DNA of 64,000 bases from an uncultured Ectothiorhodospiraceae bacterium (GTDB lineage Bacteria; Bacteroidota; Ignavibacteria; SZUA-365; GCA-2699105): contig CAYPBB010000010.1 of assembly GCA_964408855.1 (NCBI GenBank), positions 9,362 through 73,361 of the forward strand, read 5' to 3'. Of this stretch, positions 31,344 to 41,481 are shown one piece after another. The position numbers were made by a program, and so were the translations under genes. Below the pieces are notes generated by a model. The model made no database searches and had not been told where the DNA came from. It was given only the letters and a program-made list of their open reading frames with translations. Positions within the stretch are counted from its first letter, which is position 1; every line of letters begins with the position of its first letter.

Positions 31344-31354
31344 TTCGGGTTACA

Positions 31355-32449
31355 TTAATCCGGTTTAAATCCTTCGATTGACATTACAGGATTGCCGTTT
31401 TCATCCCAATACGTGGGCGTTCCGGTAATCCTGTTATTTTTGTATTCAATCTCAGCTTTTTTCCTGCCATTCAGGTACCACCATCGGGCTGTGCCATGCT
31501 TCTTCCCTTTCTTATATTCAATTCTTGAATTCGCTATTCCGTTCTTATACCAAATCGTATTCACCCCCTCCATCCCGCAATCCGAACTCATCACTTCACG
31601 CCGCATCAATCCATTTTTATTCCACGATAGCTCGATACGGCATCTCCCTGTCCTATCTGAATGGATTTCAAATCCTTTTATCCCATGATAATAACTATAC
31701 TGCTTGCCGTAGTTTATATCTTTGCTATTTAACAATGCATCTACTGAAAGTTCATTACCAAAGCTTCCCAATTCACTGACATCTATCCCTCTTCCGCCAT
31801 CGCTCACCATTATTGACTTTCGGATACCGCTTGAATATTCAATCTGATATCGATATCCGCTTTCTGTATCATCGTAATGTTTATAGTGTTGCCCTTCTCT
31901 TTCCCCAGGGTATGACATGCTGCTTATGCACGTTCCATTCTTCCATTCCCCTGTATAACTCAGCATACCTGTAGGTCCCCAATGGCGGGAGGTTCCATGT
32001 CTTACCCCGTTCATATACGGCGTCTCGCTTTCTCTTGCTCCGTACTGGTTCCACATATTCTCAACTCCGTGCTTCTTCCCGTTGCGATAGCATGTTTCGC
32101 GCAGCTTCATACCATTATCCCGATAGAATGTCTGTTTTCCGTCGACAGGAAGAAACGGCGTGAAGGACATCAGTACGCCTTTCCAGAACAGTTGGCCATT
32201 GGGATAGAAATAGTATGCCGAATCCACCGGCTTACCTTCCTGGAAATGAACAACAGCCTCAAATGCCTTATCGCCGCTATTGAATGCTACGGTGTCCGCC
32301 AAATTGCTTCCGAGGGCTATTCTCCACGTGCCCTCCCTGGCGCCGTTGATGTTATAGTGCGGCAAGGCGTCGGCGTTCTGGGCATGTAGCACAATCGAAG
32401 AACAAATTACGAGGAAAACAGAAATATATACTTGTTTAATGTGATTCAT
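31355..32449 (-). CDS. MORN-variant repeat protein (YwqK antitoxin-like), exported
   Basis: Signal peptide; repeated Y..G..HG....W/Y...G units. Confidence 0.8.
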   Translation of the reverse strand: MNHIKQVYISVFLVICSSIVLHAQNADALPHYNINGAREGTWRIALGSNLADTVAFNSGDKAFEAVVHFQEGKPVDSAYYFYPNGQLFWKGVLMSFTPFLPVDGKQTFYRDNGMKLRETCYRNGKKHGVENMWNQYGARESETPYMNGVRHGTSRHWGPTGMLSYTGEWKNGTCISSMSYPGEREGQHYKHYDDTESGYRYQIEYSSGIRKSIMVSDGGRGIDVSELGSFGNELSVDALLNSKDINYGKQYSYYHGIKGFEIHSDRTGRCRIELSWNKNGLMRREVMSSDCGMEGVNTIWYKNGIANSRIEYKKGKKHGTARWWYLNGRKKAEIEYKNNRITGTPTYWDENGNPVMSIEGFKPD

Positions 32450-32467
32450 AATACACCAGAAAATTTT

Positions 32468-33259
32468 TTATTCGTCCAAATCGCGCACAGCATATTTCCA
32501 GTCCCATTGCTCGCAACCGCATACGTCCAACGGAATAAACCGTCCCCGGTCGAAGCATACCGATTCCACGAGATTCCCTGCCTCATCCCATCGCCATGCC
32601 GCTCCCTGTAATTCTCCGCTCACCCAGGTTGTATCCGATTCCTTTTCGCCCGACTCATACCACCTGCTGGCGATACCTTCCCGTTTACCATACGCATAGG
32701 ATATTTCGAATTTCTTCATCCCCGACGGATACCAGCCGGTTTCAATACCATGCTTCATGCCGCACGTATAGGGAGATTGAGATTCCATTGCACCTGTATC
32801 ATTCCTGTGTACTCTTTCCCCATGTAACCTCCCATGCCGCCATTGTTCTTCGCGTGTGATTACCCCCTGTGTATTCATGCTAACATGCTTTCCGTCCCGC
32901 ACCCCATGCGAATAGTGTCCCTTTGAACGTAATTCGCCCGTCTCGTACCACGATAGAGTCTCACCATCAAGAACGCCGTCTTTGTAGGTATGCATAAACC
33001 AACGCTTCCCGTCTTTAGCATACTCTATTTCAGGACCGTTTTTCACATCGTCCTTGTACATCGCCGTTTTGAACAGCGTCGAATCGAATCGCCTGAATTC
33101 CGCAAGACCGTTGCGCATGCCATTTCTGTATTGAAATGTGATCTTCATTGCATGACCGTAAGGACATATCGTGTTCGTGCTGTCCGGCGGTGTATCCTGT
33201 GCAACGGCTGCGTAGCCAACCAGTATATATGTCAGGTAAAGGGCTATAGGCGCTTTCAT
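32468..33259 (-). CDS. MORN-variant repeat protein (YwqK antitoxin-like), exported
   Basis: YKDGVLDGETLSWYETGELR-type repeats. Confidence 0.82.
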   Translation of the reverse strand: MKAPIALYLTYILVGYAAVAQDTPPDSTNTICPYGHAMKITFQYRNGMRNGLAEFRRFDSTLFKTAMYKDDVKNGPEIEYAKDGKRWFMHTYKDGVLDGETLSWYETGELRSKGHYSHGVRDGKHVSMNTQGVITREEQWRHGRLHGERVHRNDTGAMESQSPYTCGMKHGIETGWYPSGMKKFEISYAYGKREGIASRWYESGEKESDTTWVSGELQGAAWRWDEAGNLVESVCFDRGRFIPLDVCGCEQWDWKYAVRDLDE

Positions 33260-33830
33260 GGGATGCCGACCGATTGTTGATTGTTTAGTAAGAATCTACG
33301 ACTCCTGCAATCGGCTTACAACCCATAAATCCGGTACCATCCGCCGGCATATTACATGTTGAGTCAGGTCATTGCTGGCGGTGTATCTCCGAATCATCTG
33401 GCCATATGGGCGATTCACTCCCTCATTGCCGACAAAACCATTATGATACTTCGTCGTTTCTTTACGGAGAGAGAGCGCTGAACGTCCGGCTTTGCGGCGA
33501 TTTCGTTGGTCGTCTGAGAAGATGAACATCAACCGCTCCGGTTCGTTTATCAGATCGATCCGCCCGTTCTTCTGCAGCGGGCAATTGAACACCAGAACCA
33601 ACAATCCAGAATCGTCTTTCAGCGCCGACTGAAGCTTCGATGCAATGCCCCCCTGCTATCTCTGAAGGTATCCGAGGCATTTCCAATACAAATATTGCAT
33701 CCACATGGAAATGTTCAAAAATCTGTTGATTGAAGCTCGTTTTCGAACCGCAATGTGAAACGTTGTATCGCCGAAACGACAAGAACCGGTGTTGATCCCG
33801 GTTCCTGTCGAGTTGTTGTGGTTATACCGG

Positions 33831-34898
33831 TTACTTCGCCCTGAGCGACGCCATGTCGATGACAAAGCGGTATTTGACATCGCTTTTCTCCATCCGGACG
33901 TAGGCTTCGTTGATATTCCGAATATCGATGACTTCCACATCGGCGGTAATATTGTGTTCGCCGCAGAAATTCAACAGTTCCTGCGTTTCCGCAATCCCTC
34001 CGATCAACGAACCTGCGACCGATTTCCTCCCCATGATAAGAGGAACGGTGCTGAGGAACGGCTCCAGACCGCCGAGATATCCGACCAGAACGATGGTACC
34101 ATTCAGAGCTAGAGTAGGCATATAGGGATTGAGATCGTGGATGTTCGGTACCGTATCGATTATCAGATCGAACCGGCCGTTTACCGACTTCATCTGCTCC
34201 GCGTCAGTAGAAAGAACCACCGCATCCGCTCCAATCCGGCGAGCATCCTGCTCTTTGCCTGGCGTGCGTGTGAAGAGCGTCACCGAGGCTCCAAGCGCCT
34301 TCGCGAGTTTCAAAGCCATGTGTCCAAGACCGCCGAGACCTACAACGGCGACATGGCTCCCTTTCCCAACCTTCCAATGCCGTAGCGGCGACCATGTCGT
34401 GATACCGGCGCAGAGCAGCGGCGCAGTGCCGGCGAGATCGAGCCCTTCGGGCACGCTCAATACAAACCTGTCGGGAACGACGATGACATCCGAATAACCG
34501 CCATACGTCGGCGTATGGTCGTGCCGGTCCACGCTGTTGTACGTAAACGTTGCGATCTCTTCGCAATACTGCTCCTGATCCTGTTCGCATGCCGCGCAAT
34601 GTCCGCAAGAATCGACCATGCAGCCGACGGCGACACGATCGCCAATGTTGAAGCCCTTTACTTCGCTGCCGACGCCGGCGACCCGCCCAATAATTTCGTG
34701 CCCCGGAACCATCGGGAAAATGCTCCCACCCCAGTCGTCGCGTACCTGGTGCAAATCGGAATGACAAACGCCGCAGTAAAGAATTTCAATTACCACATCG
34801 TCGTTTCGCGGCCCGCGGCGTTCAAAATGATAGGGAGTGAGCGTAGCCTTCGCCGACTGCGCCGCATAACCTTGTGCTTTCATGTTCAGATTCCTCAT
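33831..34898 (-). CDS. Zn-dependent NAD(P)-dependent alcohol dehydrogenase/aldehyde reductase (cinnamyl-ADH/YahK family)
   Basis: YCGVCHSD, PGHEIIG, CMVDSCGHCAAC, GLGGLGH, KYRFVID. Confidence 0.93.
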   Translation of the reverse strand: MRNLNMKAQGYAAQSAKATLTPYHFERRGPRNDDVVIEILYCGVCHSDLHQVRDDWGGSIFPMVPGHEIIGRVAGVGSEVKGFNIGDRVAVGCMVDSCGHCAACEQDQEQYCEEIATFTYNSVDRHDHTPTYGGYSDVIVVPDRFVLSVPEGLDLAGTAPLLCAGITTWSPLRHWKVGKGSHVAVVGLGGLGHMALKLAKALGASVTLFTRTPGKEQDARRIGADAVVLSTDAEQMKSVNGRFDLIIDTVPNIHDLNPYMPTLALNGTIVLVGYLGGLEPFLSTVPLIMGRKSVAGSLIGGIAETQELLNFCGEHNITADVEVIDIRNINEAYVRMEKSDVKYRFVIDMASLRAK

Positions 34899-34981
34899 TG
34901 ATAATGATAGTGTCCGCTGTTTTCGCGGCGTTTAAATGCGTAATTCACTCCGGCGATACACCGGCTATCGCTCCACGCGGC

Positions 34982-36115
<1,134 letters not shown>

Positions 36116-36185
36116 TCAACAGGTATTTTAACTCGGTATAAAACACCGCTAACACCTAATAAATAAATCAGTTGAACGGTATTCG

Positions 36186-37088
36186 ATGGATTCAGCACTT
36201 GATACACTAAAAGCAAACATTGCACAATGGACCGGAGACTGCGATAGAACCGAAACGCGGGTACCCGGACTATCGCTCTACCGCAAAACCGCGCCCACGG
36301 AACCCGGCAGCGGTATGTACGAACCAAGCGTATGTCTGGTAGCACAGGGAGCAAAACTTGTACAACTCGGAAATGAAACCCTGGTGTACGACGAGAAACA
36401 TTACCTCATCACATCAATGCATCTCCCCACAGTTGTGCAGGTTACCTCAGCCAGTCCCGGGAAGCCATACCTGGGGCTGTCGCTCAGACTCGATCGTAAA
36501 AACATCGCACAATTAATGCTGGACGATAATCTCCCGGCATCGCGTATCCGCGTCTCGGCACGCGGAATGGCAACAGGGATTATTACCGAAGCCATGCTCG
36601 ATGCATTCAATAGACTGATTGATTTGCTTCGAGAACCGGAGAGTATTCCAGTCCTTTCGCCGCTAATTCAGCGGGAAATCATGTACCGTCTGCTCACCGG
36701 CGATCAAGGCGCACGTTTACGGCAGGTAGCGGTAACGGGAAGCCACAGCCATCAGATCGCTCAGGCAATTGATTGGTTGAACGTACACTTCAACAAACCT
36801 CTTGTGGTAAGCGAGCTTGCCGGTATCAGCGGCATGAGTGCATCGACGTTCCATCACCATTTCAGAGAAATGACAGCAATGAGTCCGCTCCAATACCAGA
36901 AGTGGTTGCGCCTTCATGAAGCGCGCAGGCTTATGCTCGCCGAACGTCTCGATGCTTCGAGCGCTGCATTCGAGGTGGGATACGAAAGTCCGTCGCAGTT
37001 CAGCCGCGAATATACCCGGCATTTTGGCGTGCCGCCTCGCAAGGACGTCAACACAATAAGAGAGATGGAAGTTGTCGAAGATGTATAA
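36186..37088 (+). CDS. AraC family transcriptional regulator (YqhC-like), divergent from the reductases
   Basis: MYEPSVCLVAQGAK N-domain; MSPLQYQKWLRLHEARRLM...VGYESPSQFSREY HTH. Confidence 0.93.
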   Translation: MDSALDTLKANIAQWTGDCDRTETRVPGLSLYRKTAPTEPGSGMYEPSVCLVAQGAKLVQLGNETLVYDEKHYLITSMHLPTVVQVTSASPGKPYLGLSLRLDRKNIAQLMLDDNLPASRIRVSARGMATGIITEAMLDAFNRLIDLLREPESIPVLSPLIQREIMYRLLTGDQGARLRQVAVTGSHSHQIAQAIDWLNVHFNKPLVVSELAGISGMSASTFHHHFREMTAMSPLQYQKWLRLHEARRLMLAERLDASSAAFEVGYESPSQFSREYTRHFGVPPRKDVNTIREMEVVEDV

Positions 37089-37191
37089 CGCATTCTGGAT
37101 GCAGTTCTTGTATTCCGCTATCGGCGTTCGGACATACATCGCCGATTGTACCATTAATGCATCCGTATTGCGTGCTTCTGTGCGGCAAGGA

Positions 37192-37227
37192 TGGAATCTA
37201 CCAAAGGCATTCCTTTAGTAGATTCCA
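37192..37227. terminator. Long hairpin between convergent genes
   Basis: TGGAATCTACCAAAGG-CATT-CCTTTAGTAGATTCCA, 16-bp stem with one mismatch. Confidence 0.55.
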
Positions 37228-37418
37228 CATAGATAGCGTAGGCTGCGATGGAATAGTTTTAATAAAAGGGCGCACTGGGACGCCCTGACAATTCATATAC
37301 CGGATCTGCACCGTCCTGGTATTCTACCAATGTGCGAAACTCTGTTAGAATCCAGACTTCATACGGATCAAGGAATTCCTCGAAACCGGTAAGAGAAACG
37401 TCCAAGCATTTTCTTGTG

Positions 37419-39761
37419 TTAAAACGTCACTGTTTGTACTGTACTCGACAGCGTAAATGTTTTTTTCAATGTGCCGCCGGAATACGCTCCACCGGTATAT
37501 AAACCATCCGTCAGAGTTCCTGTAGAAGTTCCGCCAGTGTATACTTTATATGTTTCTCCCTTTTTTAACGACGAAGAAGAAAAGATGATATTGCTGTAGC
37601 TGCGATTCGGGGCGAATGTCGCCAGTTCGTTTCCGTTTCCATCTTCAATATGAATCAATGTCCCCGCAGAGATCCCTTGATTGCTTCCGCAAATAACCGT
37701 GTTTTGCGTGGATGTATTATCGGGCATTTGTGACATATTTGACCGCGGTTCGGCGGCAATAAAATATCCGCCGTTGACAAGATAGTTGCCGTTCACATCG
37801 ACACCCACTTCCGGCTGGGATTGCGGGCCGTGCACTAAAACAGTGCCACCATTGATCGTCAGGTTGCCATTGCTATCCAGTGCATCTCCCCTGGAGGCAT
37901 TCAAATAGACATATCCGCCGTTGATGGTAATATCGCTCCCGTCGTTTGTTTCGCCGCCATTTCCATATGTTGCATTAAACGCATCATCGCTTGCGGTAAC
38001 CTTAATTGTTCCGGCGTTCACATGTATAATTGGCGATTCCATTCCTTCAACGGATTCCTTAATGGTTATAGTGCCGCCGTTGATGGAGAGCTTTGTTCCT
38101 GATTTGATGCCGTCATCAGCCGATGAAATGGCGATGGTTCCACTTTCTATTGTAATCTCACCTTCCGCCGATATTGCCTTCGCTTCCGCGTAATCGCCGG
38201 CGTTTGGTCCCTGTCCCGATGAAATAGTAACGGACTTGCCGCTTGTTGTCACATTAACTTCCGGCGCCGTACCCGATTTACCTATAGCGATATCGCCATC
38301 GCATGAAATGCCTTTTCCTGCCGCGCCAGAATGTTTTATTGTTACCGCACCGTCGACAATAGCAATATTGCCGTCTGCTTTGATACACGGGCCATGGTAG
38401 GCGTCTGGTTGGCCTAGTTCATTCGTATATTTTGCGCCGCTTCCGCTTGAAGTGATGGCAAGCGTTCCGGAATTGACGGTAAGATTGCCGTTGATGGAGA
38501 TGCCTCTTCCGGCCGCACCAACTGTATTTATCGTAATTACTGCGTTTGATAGCGATACATCTTTATCAGATGCTATTGCCGTACAATAGGAAGGTTCGTA
38601 ACCCGATCCCGATGCTTCCAAAACGGCTTTCCCTGATGTGTATATATCCACGACACCGCCCGAGATCGCTATTCCCTGTCCGGCATTTATTCCTTTTCCC
38701 ATATCGCCATTAACCGTAATATGTATCGCGCCACCGGTGATTGCGATGGTGCTGTCTGTTTTAATAGCGTCCTGATCCTCAGTCGTAGTAATTATCGTCA
38801 ACGTACCGCCGGTAATTTCAACGATGTTTTCATCGCCATCAATTCCATCGCCGCTGGAAGCGATATTTACAGTCCCGCCGTTCAGGAAAAATCCGTCTTT
38901 TGCATGAATGCCGTCTTTTACTGCGCTGTGAACCGTAATCGAGCCGTTCGTGATTTTGATGTAATCGTCGCTTGCCAGAGCGTGCTGGTCTGTGCCGTTC
39001 CCATAAATATCGAGACTTCCGGCCCCCTCGAAAACTAATTGCCCTTCGCTGAAAAAGGCGGCATCCTGGTCTTCATCATTGGGCGGATCAGCATATACGG
39101 CGCCGTCGCTCAGTTTGTTGCTTGTCCCATCGGCAAGGTAGATGGTTACTTTCTTACCGGTCTGAATATTGATCGCCGGCCCGTCGTTGTTTGTAATCAC
39201 GAGATCGTCTAGCTCAATGATGACTTTATTATCAGAGTAGAGTTTAAACGAACCGTCATCCGTTGAGCCTGATAGCACATATTTTATATCGCTTGTTGCT
39301 GCGGTTGAAGTCACCGTAACATCTGCATGCTCGACATCGACGGCGATGCGCTTAAATGGATTTATTACCGAAACCGTAGTATGGAGGTATGTAATATACA
39401 CGGTGGAATCCGTTAGCGGGCTGAATGTAATGCTGTCTATCGCCGAAAGAGCGAATTGCATATTTCCTTGGCCGGTCTGAATATGGATTATGGAACTCTC
39501 GCTATTGAAATACATACTATCTATTTCAGAATTCAGGAACTGATACGCGCCCTGATCCGTATGAATCCACATCAGTTGAATCGCCCCACTGGAAGTATCG
39601 CCCGAACCATCGATAGTAAATGTGATGCTGGCAATGCTTGGGACAGAATAGTCGTCCGCGACACCGCTATTCTTTTCTACTTCAAGTACTTGGGCACAGG
39701 CGCTGACGGCAAGAATTGCAACGCTCAGGATGCTGATGTATATATGTTTCATGATTCGCAT
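37419..39761 (-). CDS. Carbohydrate-binding domain protein (Cthe_2159/DUF4353-like beta-helix) with three N-terminal short repeats
   Basis: YVLSGSTDDGS...GPAINIQTGKKVTIYLADG...EDQDAAFFSEGQL, DGIHAKD, DALDSNG; repeats ending SITF/SMYF/SITF. Confidence 0.82.
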   Translation of the reverse strand: MRIMKHIYISILSVAILAVSACAQVLEVEKNSGVADDYSVPSIASITFTIDGSGDTSSGAIQLMWIHTDQGAYQFLNSEIDSMYFNSESSIIHIQTGQGNMQFALSAIDSITFSPLTDSTVYITYLHTTVSVINPFKRIAVDVEHADVTVTSTAATSDIKYVLSGSTDDGSFKLYSDNKVIIELDDLVITNNDGPAINIQTGKKVTIYLADGTSNKLSDGAVYADPPNDEDQDAAFFSEGQLVFEGAGSLDIYGNGTDQHALASDDYIKITNGSITVHSAVKDGIHAKDGFFLNGGTVNIASSGDGIDGDENIVEITGGTLTIITTTEDQDAIKTDSTIAITGGAIHITVNGDMGKGINAGQGIAISGGVVDIYTSGKAVLEASGSGYEPSYCTAIASDKDVSLSNAVITINTVGAAGRGISINGNLTVNSGTLAITSSGSGAKYTNELGQPDAYHGPCIKADGNIAIVDGAVTIKHSGAAGKGISCDGDIAIGKSGTAPEVNVTTSGKSVTISSGQGPNAGDYAEAKAISAEGEITIESGTIAISSADDGIKSGTKLSINGGTITIKESVEGMESPIIHVNAGTIKVTASDDAFNATYGNGGETNDGSDITINGGYVYLNASRGDALDSNGNLTINGGTVLVHGPQSQPEVGVDVNGNYLVNGGYFIAAEPRSNMSQMPDNTSTQNTVICGSNQGISAGTLIHIEDGNGNELATFAPNRSYSNIIFSSSSLKKGETYKVYTGGTSTGTLTDGLYTGGAYSGGTLKKTFTLSSTVQTVTF

Positions 39762-39767
39762 TCTTCA

Positions 39768-40247
39768 TTACTTGGATAATACAAATTTTCTCGTTAGCTG
39801 TCGGGCTCCCGCCCGAATTGTGTATAAGTAGACCCCCGAAGAAACCTGTTCATCGCGCTGGTCTTTCCCGTCCCAGACGACCTGGTGCATGCCCTGGTTT
39901 TGAATACCATCGACCAGTTCCCTTACCGCCTTCCCATGGATATCATAGATGCAAAGCCATACTCTCTCTGATCGAGGAATCTGGTATTCGATTACCGTCG
40001 TTGGATTGCATGGATTCGGATAGTTTTGCTTCAACACGATGGATTCAGCGGCCGGCTCCCCGCTATTATCTCCTGCGCCGTTAACATTCAGGAACACTAT
40101 TTTTCTGATGCCGCTTAACGAATGCGTAGATACCATGCCGTCTTTCATTTTAATGTTCATAGTATAATTTTGACTATGAGCCGATGAAGACAGAATTAGC
40201 GATAGCGTGAATGCTGCTATGACAGTTGCACTTTTAACGATTCTCAT
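39768..40247 (-). CDS. Small T9SS protein: short N-terminal module plus FlgD-Ig-type CTD
   Basis: Signal peptide; LKQNYPNP...IYDIHG...VWDGKD...SSGVYLY. Confidence 0.8.
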   Translation of the reverse strand: MRIVKSATVIAAFTLSLILSSSAHSQNYTMNIKMKDGMVSTHSLSGIRKIVFLNVNGAGDNSGEPAAESIVLKQNYPNPCNPTTVIEYQIPRSERVWLCIYDIHGKAVRELVDGIQNQGMHQVVWDGKDQRDEQVSSGVYLYTIRAGARQLTRKFVLSK

Positions 40248-40713
40248 CGCTCTATTCTCTTCTTTGAGTAGATGAAATTATGATTTGCTCAGGAACCTGG
40301 CCGTTGTTTGTCTTCGGATCTTCGCTCACACACGAACGGATTAGCAAGAGTGATTTTGTGTATTGCTCCAGGGCAAACCTGGCGTACGATAAATCAAAAC
40401 AAATATCTTGGAAAAGCTGATCCCTCTTGTGCGAGTAACGTTCGCGAATGGCATTTGATGAATCAGTCCATGAGCATTCATACAAGGGACACGTCATCAG
40501 CTAAAAGGTTTAAGCGGACACCAGGGAAATCATCATGGGAAAAGTATGGGATTTGTTTTATCGAAGAACCCGAAGTGATGCGCTCGGAAGCACTCAGATT
40601 GTTCTCAAAGATTGCGCAGATCGGATGGGACTACCTCACAATCCATCCAGCTAAACATATTTCCGTTTTACTATCCCGCGCCGATCGAAGATGATCGGCA
40701 TTCCGTCTGGGAA

Positions 40714-40929
40714 CTACGCCCGCTGTCCGGACTTGAGATCGCGTTCGCGTTTCTCTGCTTCCAAGCGATTGAGAAATTCTTCCGTATACACCAAAGTCCA
40801 TGGTATACCGCGTTTCGTGAAGGTACTTTTCCCGGAATTATGCTGTTACAACCGCACCTCCAGATCCATTGTTGAACCGATGTACCGCTTTCGCAGGGTC
40901 GGACTCCAGAGCACGTACGTGTAAAACAT
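40714..40929 (-). pseudogene. GIY-YIG nuclease (UPF0213/YhbQ-like) with in-frame stop
   Basis: MFYTYVLWS..RKRYIGST.DLEVRL*QHNSGKSTFTKRGIPWTLVYTEEFLNRLEAEKRERDLKSGQRA*; TAA at 40846-40848. Confidence 0.85.
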
Positions 40930-40970
40930 TGTCACTCCCTCAGTAAGCAAAAGAGAGCCCGTCAGTCGCC

Positions 40971-41253
40971 GGACTCCTTTCGCGGAGAGGGTGGGATGCG
41001 AATCCGGCGGACGTGTCTGCATCCGGCCACCGACGGACCGGACTTTTCTCGCCGTACGCCTCGACAGCACACGGGTATTAATAAGGAGTCCGGATCTAGG
41101 ACTCCTTTCGCGGAGAGGGTGGGATGCGAATCCGGCGGACGTGTCTGCATCCGGCCACCGACGGACCGGACTTTTCTCGCCGTACGCCTCGACAGCCCAC
41201 GGGTACTAAAAAGGAGTCCGGATCTAGGACTCCTTTCGCGGAGAGGGTGGGAT
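40971..41253 (-). repeat. 128-bp tandem repeat (2 full units plus partial third), each with a terminator hairpin and a degenerate tRNA-Ser 3' end
   Basis: GGACTCCTTTCGCGGAGAGGGTGGGAT at 40971, 41099 and 41227; units 1 and 2 differ at 3 positions. Confidence 0.95.
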
Positions 41254-41262
41254 TCGAACCCA
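41239..41262 (-). other. 3' fragment of tRNA-Ser (T-arm plus acceptor strand), probable att core
   Basis: Minus strand TGGGTTCGAATCCCACCCTCTCCG (TTCGAATC T-loop, CCTCTCC acceptor strand, G discriminator); no tRNA 5' half upstream. Confidence 0.8.
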
Positions 41263-41481
41263 TAGCAGCCTAACTCGGCGTGTGACAATGGGTTAAATAC
41301 ACAGATTTCAAACCTTTCACATTTCTTTCACAAGTCTGAAGGCTTTCAGTGTTGCAGAGTTGCAGGCTTGCACGGCTACGATGGCTTGAGGTTCATTCCG
41401 AATCTATTTACGTTACCACCATATATGCTTAATTCGTCTGCGAGAAACGGGTCTTTGATCCCAGAATGGTCGGGGTGTTTT

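Noticed and set aside
33260-33830. Short ORFs between the MORN genes and the ADH gene
   Set aside because: No motifs, RBS or consistent coding signal; possibly decayed DNA
40252-40700. Short ORFs upstream of the mini T9SS gene
   Set aside because: No recognisable product; treated as intergenic or degraded
40971-41262. CRISPR array
   Set aside because: Whole 128-bp units are near-identical with no unique spacers, and no cas genes are in the window
40846-41288. Track ORFs 40962-41288, 40996-41265, 40991-41209 and the N-terminal extension of 40846-41070
   Set aside because: They translate the tandem repeat; only the GIY-YIG part from 40929 is protein-like
41239-41330. Intact tRNA-Ser gene
   Set aside because: Only the T-arm and acceptor 3' strand are present; upstream sequence has no D-arm, anticodon arm or GGAGAGG 5' strand
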